Source: a virus (taxonomy: Duplodnaviria > Caudoviricetes). Taken from it: a stretch of DNA of 64,000 nucleotides. This document shows, piece after piece, positions 1 to 10,345 of this stretch (positions within the stretch are counted from its first letter, which is position 1; the number at the start of each line of letters is the position of its first letter). The notes under the pieces were generated by a model. It was not told where the DNA came from. It saw only the letters and a program-made list of their open reading frames with translations, and did not search any database. Made by a program: the position numbers and the translations under genes. Where the stretch lies: positions 1-64,000 of the IMG/VR virus record IMGVR_UViG_3300029305_002995; one strand, 5' to 3'.

Positions 1-17
1 ATTTTTTTTGTAGCCAT
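1..17 (-). CDS. 5' end of a gene running off the window (MATKK...)
   Basis: ATG at 17 with GGGGGA-like RBS upstream; same strand as the tail module. Confidence 0.45.
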
Positions 18-107
18 TTGAATTTCCCCCTTTTTTATTTATTTTCAAAAGTAAAAAATAAAGGTGTCCAATTTCTTGAACACCTTTGAAGATATAAAAG
101 TTTAATT

Positions 108-2507
108 TTATGGATTATTAGCAAGTAAGAAAGTATTGTTATTAATCAAATCTTCTAATGCTTTCACTTTAGCTTCTAATGATGTAATTTTATTTTGCAT
201 ATCTGCTAAATTATAGGTAACACCACTTGCACCTTTAAGACTCATATTCCATACTGGTTTATCACCATTACCACCAGCGAATTTAATTTCTGGACTTGAA
301 TAACGATGAGTAATGATGCCTTTAGTATCAGCACCACCAAAAGCAACGCCAGCGGCATAATCGCCTATAGTCCAAGCTGGAGCATTTGCCTGAGTTCTTA
401 CAGATTTAAGGAAATGACCTGTATTACCATCAGTTTTACTATAACCTGCACTAAGCATACTCCAACCAGAATCTTCGGTAGTATTAGCAAGATTAGCCAC
501 TAAGCTGGTATCTCTTAATCCATGAGTATGTCCATCAATAGCTGCTTTAACCACTTTATTCTGAACAGGATTGGTAGAAGTTGTAGACATAGCAGTATCT
601 ACTACGGTTTTGTTTGCACCAGTAGCAATACCATCTAACTTGGACTTATCAGAAGAACTCATTAAACCATTAGCAGAAGTAGTTGCAACTGAATAAGTAG
701 TATCATTATCTCTACTATGACCCATCCAGACATAATTATTACCTTCCCACATATAGAATGTTACAGTATATGCTTCTCCTGCTGCCCACAAGTTACTTGT
801 CTTAACTGTGTCATTTCCATAGAAGATAGGTTTTGCACCAGTACCATTAACATTCAAAGTAGGATTTTGTGCCGTATTAGTAACAGTAGACCACACACCA
901 ATAATAGAACCATCTTTTAAAGTCCAATTAGTATTAGCTGAAACATCTACAACTTTATCGGCAACTCCTGCTTCGGTTTTGATAGCACCATAGCCAATAC
1001 TTTTAACAGGAGTGTCAAGAGCATAAGTAGTTGCTACTGGTTTACCATCTTTGAAGTAAACTGGCTGTGTAGCAGAACCAGCAGAAGTTGTAAGCGCAGT
1101 AGCAGTAGAAGCATTACCATCAATACTGTTTTTAATGTTTGGAATAATAGATTCGATAATAGTAACATTATCACCAGTAGTGTAACTTGCTACACCATCT
1201 GTTATATTATATAATGTCCAAATATCTGCATCAATAACAAGACCAGCTTCATGTAGTACTGTAAAATGATAAACATTATTTTGAGATGTATGTTTGCACC
1301 ATAACTCAGCTACCAATTCACCATTATTTGAAGTAACGGTAACAACAAATTTACTTGGGTCAATATTTGTACTTGCATATTCCCATTTTAAACTTGCAAA
1401 ATCTAATCCTATAGTATCATTAGATTTGACTCTTAGACGTAAAATACCGTATTGAACATTATTAAAAAGATTATCAACTTTGAATGTAATTGTACGTTCA
1501 GCCCAAATAGAAGAAATAATAATAGAAGCAACTTTGAACCATGAGTTGCTTTCTGTAATATTATTAGAAGCTCTTACCACACAATGTTTCAGTTGAGCGT
1601 TAATAGTAATATCACCACTACCATCAAATTGAGCAGAACCTTGGAGTTGCTGTCCAAGAGTGATGGTTCGTGGAGTAGCAAGCTTTACAGCAGAGGTCGC
1701 TGCTCCACCTGCACTGGAAGAACCAGCGTAGTTGTGGGTGTGTCCATCTTTAGACGGAGTAAAGCCTAATGCAGTAGTCACATTGGAAGAAGTGATTTCT
1801 CCACGGATAGTAGCAGAGGATTTGTTTTCTACATTGCTTAAGCCTAATTGAGCTTTAGTTACTCCATGAGGATTGGACTTGTTCGTAGTATGGGAATCTA
1901 CCTCTGCTTGTAAGGCATCAATCAAAGATTTAATTGCTACGCCCTGTGCCGCAGAGAGAGGTTTATTACTTACATTAGTAGTTAAATTATTGATAATATC
2001 AGATACATTAACTTTATCGGTAGTAATACTTTCAATTAAAGTTCTATTAGATTTAATATAAGCTACTACTTCTGCCATTTGGTCTAAAGTAGTATCATCA
2101 CTATTAGCCAAAGCATTTAATCTTGTAGTTAAACCAGTAATTAATTCACGAATATCATTATGTGCTTCTACATTAGTATTATGTGTACTTACAACAGAAG
2201 TTGCAGTACCGCTTGCATCAGCTCCTACATCAGAAGCAGATAATATAATATTACCAGATAAATCCTTGCCATTTACAGTTCTGGTAGTAGGTACTTTATT
2301 ATTTAAAGCGGAATTAACTACTTTATTCTGAACAGGATTTGTAGAAGAAGAAGATAAGTCAGAATCTATAGTTACAGCAGTAAATCCGCTGTCATTTTCT
2401 AATTCACTAATTTTAGTTGGAATTTGTGTTTTTAAAGCAAATTTTGACATAATATTTTTCCAAAAAGCTTTCATTGTATCAAAATTTGCATAATCTATAA
2501 CAGCCAT
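108..2507 (-). CDS. Tail fibre / receptor-binding-type protein (799 aa)
   Basis: S/T/A/G-rich; fibre motifs NPHGVTKAQLGLSNVEN, AVKLATPRTI, GLMSSSDKSKLDGIA, twice STNPVQNKVV; C-terminal coiled coil. Confidence 0.75.
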   Translation of the reverse strand: MAVIDYANFDTMKAFWKNIMSKFALKTQIPTKISELENDSGFTAVTIDSDLSSSSTNPVQNKVVNSALNNKVPTTRTVNGKDLSGNIILSASDVGADASGTATSVVSTHNTNVEAHNDIRELITGLTTRLNALANSDDTTLDQMAEVVAYIKSNRTLIESITTDKVNVSDIINNLTTNVSNKPLSAAQGVAIKSLIDALQAEVDSHTTNKSNPHGVTKAQLGLSNVENKSSATIRGEITSSNVTTALGFTPSKDGHTHNYAGSSSAGGAATSAVKLATPRTITLGQQLQGSAQFDGSGDITINAQLKHCVVRASNNITESNSWFKVASIIISSIWAERTITFKVDNLFNNVQYGILRLRVKSNDTIGLDFASLKWEYASTNIDPSKFVVTVTSNNGELVAELWCKHTSQNNVYHFTVLHEAGLVIDADIWTLYNITDGVASYTTGDNVTIIESIIPNIKNSIDGNASTATALTTSAGSATQPVYFKDGKPVATTYALDTPVKSIGYGAIKTEAGVADKVVDVSANTNWTLKDGSIIGVWSTVTNTAQNPTLNVNGTGAKPIFYGNDTVKTSNLWAAGEAYTVTFYMWEGNNYVWMGHSRDNDTTYSVATTSANGLMSSSDKSKLDGIATGANKTVVDTAMSTTSTNPVQNKVVKAAIDGHTHGLRDTSLVANLANTTEDSGWSMLSAGYSKTDGNTGHFLKSVRTQANAPAWTIGDYAAGVAFGGADTKGIITHRYSSPEIKFAGGNGDKPVWNMSLKGASGVTYNLADMQNKITSLEAKVKALEDLINNNTFLLANNP

Positions 2508-2653
2508 TTATTTTCACCTCAAAACTTTCAAAATAACTAAGTGAAAATTACTGTTAATTTTCACAAGAAATAAAATAAAAAACAGTGGAGATACTGTTTT
2601 TAAGTATCTCCACTATGTAAAAATTATAAGTTGCTTTATATTAAATTGTTAGA

Positions 2654-3940
2654 TTAAGCAAAAAGACTATCAATTTCAGATTCGGTAATGGCTACAAAGC
2701 CATCGCCTACTTTACCTTCCAGAGCAGTTACACGTTCTGCAACAGCATCACAAGCAGATTTGTTAGTGGAAATAGTAGAATTTACTTTTACAATTTCTGC
2801 ATCAGTATATGCTTTAGCATTAGATTCAGCAGTATTTGCTTTAGAAGTAGCATCAGCAGAAGCGGTACTAATAGCAGACTGTTTTGCAGTTTCAATCTGT
2901 TCAGCAACAGAATCTTCACCATCACCCAGCATAGCTTCAACAGCTTCCATACGGGTGTTCATAGCGGTGTTTTTCTCGTCAGTGTATGCTTTAGCATCAG
3001 TCAAAGCTTTTTCCTCTGCTGCTTTTGCACGAAGAGCTTCTTCGTCAAATTCAGCTTTAGAAGCAGAAGCATCAGCTTTATCTAAAGAAGCCTGTACAGC
3101 GGTAGACAGTTTAGCTTTGGTTACGTTAGCGTCTGCAATTTTAGCAGTAACAACAGAATTGTCAGCTAATTCGGCAGAAGTAATAGAACCTGCAACTACA
3201 GTAGCAGAAATTTCACGAGAAGCAGAATCAATAGCAATCTGAATCTGAGTAGCATTAGCTTTAGCTTTGTAAATATCTACTAAAGAACCAACATTTACAT
3301 ACAGAGGTTCAGCAACGTTAGCAAGAACCAGTTTAATGTAAGTACCTTCTGGCTGACCTTCTGGATTGGTAACAACTTCACCAGATTCTACTACCATATC
3401 TTTAGGAATATCAATAACACCTACAGTAGCATCACCCTGTTTAATGGTGTAAGATTTCAACATACCATCAGAAGTAACATCAGAAGTAATAGTAACAACA
3501 GCGGCAGTACCACCAGTACCAACAGCAGCTAATACTTCATTGATAGCACCTACAACAGTTTTGTTGGTAGTAGACAAAGTATCAACGTCACCCATATCAA
3601 GTTCTACAGTATCTACTTCTCCCTGTGCTTTATCAGCAGCAGTTTTTGCAGCAGCGGCAGCTTCTGCATTTACACCTTCTGCTGCTTTTGCACGAGCAAT
3701 TTCTTCATTTAAAGAAGTCTGTAAACCAGAAATGTTGTCAGCATTAGTTTTAACAGCACCGTTAGCTAAAGCGTCAACTTTAGTCTGAGCAGTACCAGCC
3801 GCATCATAATTAGAAGCCAAACCATCAGCATATTCTTTTGCACTTGCTAAAGTAGCATCATCAGCAGATTTGATATGTGCTTTAATTTTAGAGTCGTAGT
3901 ATCTCTGCATTTCGAAGTTCATAATTTTTTCCTGTGCCAT
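2654..3940 (-). CDS. Ala-rich tail fibre/structural protein (428 aa)
   Basis: Strong AGGAGG RBS; AKAYTD repeats, IDIPKDMVVESG motif; ends EIDSLFA, like neighbouring 3980-4462 (DIDSLFIM). Confidence 0.6.
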   Translation of the reverse strand: MAQEKIMNFEMQRYYDSKIKAHIKSADDATLASAKEYADGLASNYDAAGTAQTKVDALANGAVKTNADNISGLQTSLNEEIARAKAAEGVNAEAAAAAKTAADKAQGEVDTVELDMGDVDTLSTTNKTVVGAINEVLAAVGTGGTAAVVTITSDVTSDGMLKSYTIKQGDATVGVIDIPKDMVVESGEVVTNPEGQPEGTYIKLVLANVAEPLYVNVGSLVDIYKAKANATQIQIAIDSASREISATVVAGSITSAELADNSVVTAKIADANVTKAKLSTAVQASLDKADASASKAEFDEEALRAKAAEEKALTDAKAYTDEKNTAMNTRMEAVEAMLGDGEDSVAEQIETAKQSAISTASADATSKANTAESNAKAYTDAEIVKVNSTISTNKSACDAVAERVTALEGKVGDGFVAITESEIDSLFA

Positions 3941-3979
3941 AATAAATTCCTCCTAAGAATTTAAGATTTTATTTTTTCT

Positions 3980-4462
3980 TTACATAATAAAAAGCGAGTC
4001 AATATCTGACTCGCTTACTATTTCCCTATGACTACCAACAATTTCATATTTGTCAGTTTCGTCATTCCATACGGAGATTTCTTTCTCTGCACGATTGATA
4101 TAGATTTTGTTTTTTGAACCCAGCAATGGCAATTCTGTGCCAATAAACAAGATTTCATCTGGAGTAGTAGTTAATGGATGCCATTTATCGTTTTGATAAG
4201 CCCACAAAACTGCTGTATCTATAACAAAATAATAACCATACGCAGGAGATTCTAATGCAATACGTTCATCTTCTGTGTTAAGTTCTTCAATTTGATTATA
4301 GAATGTTCTTTTGCCCTTGAAGTCAAAAGCAATCCTATGTTTGTCTTGAATGAAAATTAACTGACCATTTTTAATTGCCAATTGTGGCAATCGTTCAGAT
4401 ATTGTGGCACAAACTGACAGAGCTGTTTTCGTAGTTAAATCTGCCATGTTTGTTTCCTCCAT
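3980..4462 (-). CDS. Tail-associated hypothetical protein
   Basis: Tightly packed ORF in tail operon; the GGAGG inside the first codons suggests a true start at MADL (4447). Confidence 0.55.
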   Translation of the reverse strand: MEETNMADLTTKTALSVCATISERLPQLAIKNGQLIFIQDKHRIAFDFKGKRTFYNQIEELNTEDERIALESPAYGYYFVIDTAVLWAYQNDKWHPLTTTPDEILFIGTELPLLGSKNKIYINRAEKEISVWNDETDKYEIVGSHREIVSESDIDSLFIM

Positions 4463-4472
4463 GTTGGGTTAA

Positions 4473-5426
4473 TTAAAATTCGATAACAGCAATAGCTTCT
4501 GCAATTTTTTCATCAGTATAAGCATTAGCTGACTTTACAATACTATTTGCATAGTAAGGTTCTTTGGTAGTGTGACAGTTTTCATTTGATAAATTAATAC
4601 GAATAGAATCAGATGCAATTTTAATACCATCAGCATCATACCAATCTACTACATAGTCCCAACCAATATATTTTTCAGCAGAAGATAAAGAACCATAATA
4701 AGTCCATGTATCAGTGCTTTCATCGTAATTTGCCAATGCAAGCCATACAATACTATATTTTCTGCCATACTCGTCAACGCCAGCAAAATCATTGTTTTCG
4801 AAATAAAGCATTTCATCAACAATAACGCCACGGTCGCCTTCTTTGAAACTATAAGCATTTTCTGGTGCATAAGCCTTAAAGCCCATGTAATACATATTTG
4901 CATTACCAGTAGAGCCAACATTCTGTTTTACCCAAACTGTATTCTCTGGACACATTACACGAATTTCTTTTTCGCTATAATTTACCAAAGTACCAACTGG
5001 TTTAGAGGTAATTTCGAATTTAATTTTCTCTACAATTTCACTCTGTTTGTCAGTATAGGCATTTGCAGTATTAACAGCACTATTAGTGGCTTCTTCTTTT
5101 GCAGTAGCAATTTTTTCATCTACTAATACTTCTGTCACACCACAATCTGTTGCAGAAGGAACAAATTCTTTTCCATTCCAGAAATAGAATTTACCACCAA
5201 AAACATAAGCTATCTTTTCTTCTCCTTGTTCTGGTAATTCTTCTACAAACAAGATTTCTTTTGGCTGTTCTTGAAGCATAATTAATTCACCATTGCCATC
5301 AAGCCAACCAATTTTACCTTCCTTGAGGAACAAAACATCATAAGCGTCTACCACACCTTTTTCAATTGCAGTAGCTATATCTGCTTGTGAACCAAAGGCA
5401 TGGCGAGATTTTAATATTTCACTCAT
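4473..5426 (-). CDS. Tail-associated hypothetical protein (317 aa)
   Basis: GGAGGT RBS; ANAYTD repeats typical of fibre proteins. Confidence 0.55.
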   Translation of the reverse strand: MSEILKSRHAFGSQADIATAIEKGVVDAYDVLFLKEGKIGWLDGNGELIMLQEQPKEILFVEELPEQGEEKIAYVFGGKFYFWNGKEFVPSATDCGVTEVLVDEKIATAKEEATNSAVNTANAYTDKQSEIVEKIKFEITSKPVGTLVNYSEKEIRVMCPENTVWVKQNVGSTGNANMYYMGFKAYAPENAYSFKEGDRGVIVDEMLYFENNDFAGVDEYGRKYSIVWLALANYDESTDTWTYYGSLSSAEKYIGWDYVVDWYDADGIKIASDSIRINLSNENCHTTKEPYYANSIVKSANAYTDEKIAEAIAVIEF

Positions 5427-5497
5427 TTTATTCTACCTCCCTTAATAATATTTATATTAACTCACAACCTTATTAACATAAAGTAATGCGTTAAATA

Positions 5498-6241
5498 CTA
5501 AAATGTAAGTACATTATTAGTTGTTTTATTGGAATTTTCTTCTATTTTATCCATATCTACTACATTATCATTTTTTGAATCTGAATCAGTAGTATCATCT
5601 GGTGTAATAATAGAGAAATCCACTACAGGTACACCATCTTCAAGATTTTCATTACAAGATTGAATTTCAACTATTGTACCAATAGGTTTTTCATTAGAAA
5701 CCAATTGTAATTTACCATCTTTATAAGAAATGTCATCTGCTTTTTCTGATTCGATAAAATCAGCCAAATCGTTAACTGCATTTAATCTTGCATCTATTTC
5801 TAAAATACGTCTATCTAATGGTGTTAAAACATTGTCTGGGACAATATCAGACCATGCAGAAATAGAAACGATAGTTAAAAGGAAATCATCCGTTTTTCTT
5901 ACACGCTGTACACTGTCTCCTTCGACATTCATATCAGCTCTGATAAAAGATAAATGTAATTCAACCTTTCCAGCTTCTTGTGTAATGTCAGTATCTATAG
6001 GCAAAATATATTTCAAAAATTCTTCTTCTCTTTCGTCAGATAATGTTAAAATTTCTGTTTTATATTTTCTACTTACAGGTCTAAGATACTCCATTACAAC
6101 AGTATATTGGCTCATATCTAAACCATTGTAAAATGGCTCAACTAAAAAATATAATGTATCAACAAGTTTACTTCTCTGCATGATTCGTTGCTTAATCGGA
6201 GCAGATAAAGTATTATTGTGATTTACTAAAATTACATACAT
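5498..6241 (-). CDS. BppU-like baseplate protein
   Basis: LPIDTDITQEAGKVELHLSF resembles the BppU N-terminal fold; tail context. Confidence 0.5.
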   Translation of the reverse strand: MYVILVNHNNTLSAPIKQRIMQRSKLVDTLYFLVEPFYNGLDMSQYTVVMEYLRPVSRKYKTEILTLSDEREEEFLKYILPIDTDITQEAGKVELHLSFIRADMNVEGDSVQRVRKTDDFLLTIVSISAWSDIVPDNVLTPLDRRILEIDARLNAVNDLADFIESEKADDISYKDGKLQLVSNEKPIGTIVEIQSCNENLEDGVPVVDFSIITPDDTTDSDSKNDNVVDMDKIEENSNKTTNNVLTF

Positions 6242-6291
6242 TGGAACTCACCTCGCATTTGATTTATTATGTATTACCGTTGTCTTTTGTT

Positions 6292-7566
6292 TTAAGTTTT
6301 TTCAACTGTTTCTTCGGTAATAGCAATCATCGTAGGTGCTTCAAGTTCTTCTATTCTAATTTTGAAGTTTTCAATAGTTTCCAAAATCATTTTAAAATCT
6401 TCATCTGTAACATATCTACCCGCTGAAAAATCCCACTTACCATCGGCAGTCATATATACATTTGCTCCTGCTGGCACTTTAATACCTGCACCACATTTAA
6501 AAGTATCGTCAGTAACAAAAGCATCGGTAATTTGAAAAGTATAGCCAGTATTAACTTCGACAGAAGATAATTTATCAGAAGTAATAGTACCCATTGGAAC
6601 AAAATTACCACCAATGCTTTCTACTACATTTTTTGTATGAGTGTAATAGAACAAAGCGTTATCTTCATCTTCTCCTTCACGAACACCAGTATCACCATTA
6701 ACGTATGACTTGGCAAGTAATACATTATTTGCAGATTCCAAAACAGATTGAGCAGCAGCATTTTCAGAATTTTTAGCATTTAATTCAGATTGTAATGCCT
6801 TTTGCTCAGATGCAAGTGCTTTAGCTTCTGATTCATCAGCATTTAATTCAGAAACTAAAGCCGCATCCTCAGATTCTTTAGCTGCTTTTTCAGACGCTAA
6901 AGCTTTTTGCTCAGAAACTAAAGCTGCTTCTTCTGATGCTTTTGCTGCTTTTTCGGATGCAAGTGAAGCTTCTTCTGATGCTTTTGCTTTTAATTCTGAT
7001 TCTTTAGCTGCTTCTTCTGACGCTTTTGCGGCAGCTTCTGCTCGTTTTGCTTCTGTAATAACATAAGTGTATTCGGCATTTGCCTTTACTAATAAATCAT
7101 TTAAAGCATTGTATTCGTAAGAAGATGTAATATCGCTATTATCTATTGCAGATTCTATTACATTGAAACCAATTAACTTAGTAGATAGAATCTTGGAAGT
7201 ATTTAACATCGCATCTTCTGCTTCTTCAAAAGGAACAGTAGCAGAAATTGCATTATATTCACTAATATCCAGAATAACTAAATCTGCATAACATCTACCT
7301 ACTTCTGCAAGCATCTGTTCTGTCAACTCAATTAAAATTTTTCCATCATCAGTAATTTCACAAGTATTAAAAACACCTAAATTATCTGGTTTTCTAAATC
7401 TAATATAAGCATAATTGTTTTCAACAGTAATAGGGTAAGGAGAACCTTCATTATAACAGCTAACTAAAACGAAACGAGACAATCTATCATTCTGCTTTGC
7501 GTTAATTTGAATATAACGTGTATCGTGAAAATCTACTTTAATTTCTTTCAAAATTGTTAAACTCAT
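6292..7566 (-). CDS. Upper baseplate protein (BppU/DUF2479-like N-terminus) with KASE repeats
   Basis: AKQNDRLSR, RKPD and IELTEQMLAEVG motifs; ASE heptad repeats; start moved to MSLTI after GGAGGGAGG RBS. Confidence 0.65.
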   Translation of the reverse strand: MSLTILKEIKVDFHDTRYIQINAKQNDRLSRFVLVSCYNEGSPYPITVENNYAYIRFRKPDNLGVFNTCEITDDGKILIELTEQMLAEVGRCYADLVILDISEYNAISATVPFEEAEDAMLNTSKILSTKLIGFNVIESAIDNSDITSSYEYNALNDLLVKANAEYTYVITEAKRAEAAAKASEEAAKESELKAKASEEASLASEKAAKASEEAALVSEQKALASEKAAKESEDAALVSELNADESEAKALASEQKALQSELNAKNSENAAAQSVLESANNVLLAKSYVNGDTGVREGEDEDNALFYYTHTKNVVESIGGNFVPMGTITSDKLSSVEVNTGYTFQITDAFVTDDTFKCGAGIKVPAGANVYMTADGKWDFSAGRYVTDEDFKMILETIENFKIRIEELEAPTMIAITEETVEKT

Positions 7567-7602
7567 AATATATTCCTCCCTCCTACAAAAATTAATCAAA
7601 GA

Positions 7603-8277
7603 TTATAAGCCATAACCTCTAATATCTTCGACAAAGCTATGGTTTCTCAAATGATTTTCGTAGGATTCTTGAATAATTTGCATAGCAATATTTACTTCGC
7701 CATTAGTTAAGTCGTTTTCTTCGATAATACGTTCATAATCTTTGTGCATTTTAAAAATACGATTGAATTGTTCTCTGGTTGCTGGATAACTTTGGTCTGC
7801 CACTCGACCAGAGAAATCAATAATCGTATTACGTTTGTTTTCTATAAGGATTGAAAGAGTGTCTGCATTATTCTTATCTAATTTATTGCTTAATTCACGC
7901 ATCAGTTTATCTTGTTCTGCACGTTTCTTATCGCTACTGGTGATATGGTCATTTACCTCTTCTATCCACTTATCACGTTTGGCAATATTGTCTTTGCTGT
8001 AATGTTGGTCAAAATCAGCAAGTAACTCATTAGTTTTTTGAATTGTATCTGCCATTTGACGATATTCATCTAACAAATCAGATACTTTTCCCAATGCTTC
8101 ACGTTCTTTCTTTTTACGAGCAAAATACTTTCTAACTTTTACAAATTCTGGAACAACTTTTCCTTTAAACTCCAAAAATTCCCCTATGCCTTGCATAATG
8201 AAAAAAGCTAAAACAAGCCCTATAGCTAATTTTGTTGGTAAATTCAAATATTCAATATAACCCAGCATATATAGCAC
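7603..8277 (-). CDS. Membrane-anchored coiled-coil protein (holin-associated)
   Basis: One N-terminal hydrophobic helix; C-terminal YE..I.EN.LTNG motif; adjacent to the endolysin. Confidence 0.5.
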   Translation of the reverse strand: MLYMLGYIEYLNLPTKLAIGLVLAFFIMQGIGEFLEFKGKVVPEFVKVRKYFARKKKEREALGKVSDLLDEYRQMADTIQKTNELLADFDQHYSKDNIAKRDKWIEEVNDHITSSDKKRAEQDKLMRELSNKLDKNNADTLSILIENKRNTIIDFSGRVADQSYPATREQFNRIFKMHKDYERIIEENDLTNGEVNIAMQIIQESYENHLRNHSFVEDIRGYGL

Positions 8278-8319
8278 CTAAACCTTTCATTTTAAAAGGC
8301 ATTTCGTGTTACAAAAGCC

Positions 8320-9174
8320 TTATTTAGTTAAATATTGACTTGAAACAAAACCTTTATAAGTTATATCGTTTTTTATGTAGACCACATAATACCAATTAAC
8401 ATTTCTAAAAGCAGTATAGTAGCCATAGCATTGTACTTTAGTACCTTTAGGAATAACAGTTAAAATGCCTTTATGTTTTCCTGCTCCTGCTCTAAGATTT
8501 AAAGCGTCTGTAGTTTTATAAGTTCCAGACAAAAAACGTGAAAAAGATTTCGCATAGTCAATTTTAAGTGAAATAGGTTTAGTTTTAATAGCTGTAGTAA
8601 TATTAGATTGTTTATTTGGTTTACTCGTATTATTTTGCTTATTAATAATTGATGTTTCGTCATCAATTACAGCAGGATTATAAATAAAACCTAAAAATGT
8701 ATAAGTGGAGTTCATACCCCAATTACCATTTCCTTTTAACCTTGTCTGATTCCAAAATGGAGTTTTTGAACCCCATCCGCTTTCAGATGTGTACACTTCC
8801 TCATCACTAATCACTTTTTCAACAATAGCAACATGACCTGCACCATCAGAGCCAGAAAATGTAGAACCCTTTTTCCAAACCATACAAGCTCCAACTTTAG
8901 GTGTTTGTCCAACAGATAATCCTTCACCTTTAAATTCAATAAAACGTTCAGCGTTAACAGGTCTTAAATATTTACAAAAACCCCATTGCCCAATCTCATT
9001 GAATCTTCCATAAGCAAAGCCTACACAATTGGAGAGTACATTACAATCTGTATCAGTAGGACTACCTGTTATTGCATCAGACCAACCACCTTTAGCTTTG
9101 GTAATATAATACTTATTACCTGCTTCTGGTTTTTTTGTTCTCATTTTGAACTCAGAACTTCTTACTATAGCCAT
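8320..9174 (-). CDS. Endolysin, CHAP catalytic domain plus SH3b wall-binding domain
   Basis: NCVGFAYGRF (catalytic Cys), GHVAIVE (His), ESGW; C-terminal ALNLRAGAG...GFVSSQYL. Confidence 0.9.
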   Translation of the reverse strand: MAIVRSSEFKMRTKKPEAGNKYYITKAKGGWSDAITGSPTDTDCNVLSNCVGFAYGRFNEIGQWGFCKYLRPVNAERFIEFKGEGLSVGQTPKVGACMVWKKGSTFSGSDGAGHVAIVEKVISDEEVYTSESGWGSKTPFWNQTRLKGNGNWGMNSTYTFLGFIYNPAVIDDETSIINKQNNTSKPNKQSNITTAIKTKPISLKIDYAKSFSRFLSGTYKTTDALNLRAGAGKHKGILTVIPKGTKVQCYGYYTAFRNVNWYYVVYIKNDITYKGFVSSQYLTK

Positions 9175-9211
9175 TGGCTAAACCTCCTTTCTTAAACATT
9201 CTTATATTTTT

Positions 9212-9640
9212 CTACACATTAATTACTACATTATTTGTAGCAACGCTTTCATTAATTGTCTTTGCATTGACCGCAAAGATTTCACGCATATCTTTTAAAG
9301 CTTCATCAATAGAATCATCTAACCATTTGATTAATTCTTTTTGATTGGTTACTTTGGATAACACAGGATAAGTGGCAAAAATTTCATCAATTACTTGCGC
9401 TCTTTTCACCCCACCTGCGGAAACCCACTGTAAATAATCTGACTCTGCTTGTGTTACACGTTTTAACATTGTTTCGCTAATTTGCTGTTTAGCGATTTCA
9501 ATTTTTTCATCTAATGATTTTTTCAAATAACTATCTGCTTTTTTGTATAATGAACAAGCAAGTCCAATTGCAATTATAATTGCAGTCCAGTTATTGTTAA
9601 AAAATGTTAATATATTAGTAATACCATTCAATATTCCCAT
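9212..9640 (-). CDS. Holin (LL-H-like)
   Basis: N-terminal TM helix, V.QAE....G..KR motif, directly upstream of the endolysin. Confidence 0.7.
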   Translation of the reverse strand: MGILNGITNILTFFNNNWTAIIIAIGLACSLYKKADSYLKKSLDEKIEIAKQQISETMLKRVTQAESDYLQWVSAGGVKRAQVIDEIFATYPVLSKVTNQKELIKWLDDSIDEALKDMREIFAVNAKTINESVATNNVVINV

Positions 9641-9647
9641 TTGAAAT

Positions 9648-10127
9648 CTATCCTTTCGCAGTTGAAGTCACATCGTTGTCAACTTCTACACTGTCATCAG
9701 ATAATTCACCTGTATAATTGATTGTCTGATTTGTTGTATTTTGAATTGTAGTATGATTTACTGTCTGAGTATTTTTCATTGCAGTCTCATATACAATTCC
9801 ACCTACTGTATTCTCTGCTTTAGACTTACTGTTATAACTAACAATTACGCCTACAACTGCCGCAGGAATACCAATTAAAGCATACATAGCACTTGCATCT
9901 TGAAGTTTAATCATCGCCCATTCGGAAAACAAAACAATTTGCAAACATAAAAGAATTACAGACCACACTAATAATTTACTGGTAGATGGTTTTTTAAAAG
10001 TAAAATTAAATTTTCTTTTACTTTTTTGCTGCTCTTTTTTTAATCTACGTTTACGTTCCTTACTTGCATTTTCTGCTTTAATCTTTGCTAATTTTACTTC
10101 ATATTCTTCTTCTGAAATTAAAGCCAT
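9648..10127 (-). CDS. Two-TM membrane protein (holin-like)
   Basis: Basic N-terminus, two hydrophobic helices, KSKAENT.GG motif. Confidence 0.55.
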   Translation of the reverse strand: MALISEEEYEVKLAKIKAENASKERKRRLKKEQQKSKRKFNFTFKKPSTSKLLVWSVILLCLQIVLFSEWAMIKLQDASAMYALIGIPAAVVGVIVSYNSKSKAENTVGGIVYETAMKNTQTVNHTTIQNTTNQTINYTGELSDDSVEVDNDVTSTAKG

Positions 10128-10139
10128 AATGAATCACCT

Positions 10140-10340
10140 CTAATTGTTTAATTCTTTTGGCTGTAAAAGTTGATATTCTTGTACATCTTTCTCATACTGT
10201 TGTTTTGTAGATTGCTTTACCTCTAAATATACTTCTTTAATTACTGGTTCAATAACAAAAGGTGGCAAACCGCTATTATTCACCAGATTAATTAAATCTT
10301 GTTTAAATTCTTCGTAACGCATCGTAATCGGTTTTTTCAT
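10140..10340 (-). CDS. Small hypothetical protein
   Basis: Packed between Tal and the lysis genes; INLVNNSGLPP motif common in phage tail modules. Confidence 0.6.
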   Translation of the reverse strand: MKKPITMRYEEFKQDLINLVNNSGLPPFVIEPVIKEVYLEVKQSTKQQYEKDVQEYQLLQPKELNN

Positions 10341-10345
10341 ATTCT

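Noticed and set aside
108-7599. Diversity-generating retroelement acting on tail fibres
   Set aside because: No reverse transcriptase or adenine-variant repeat pair seen in this window
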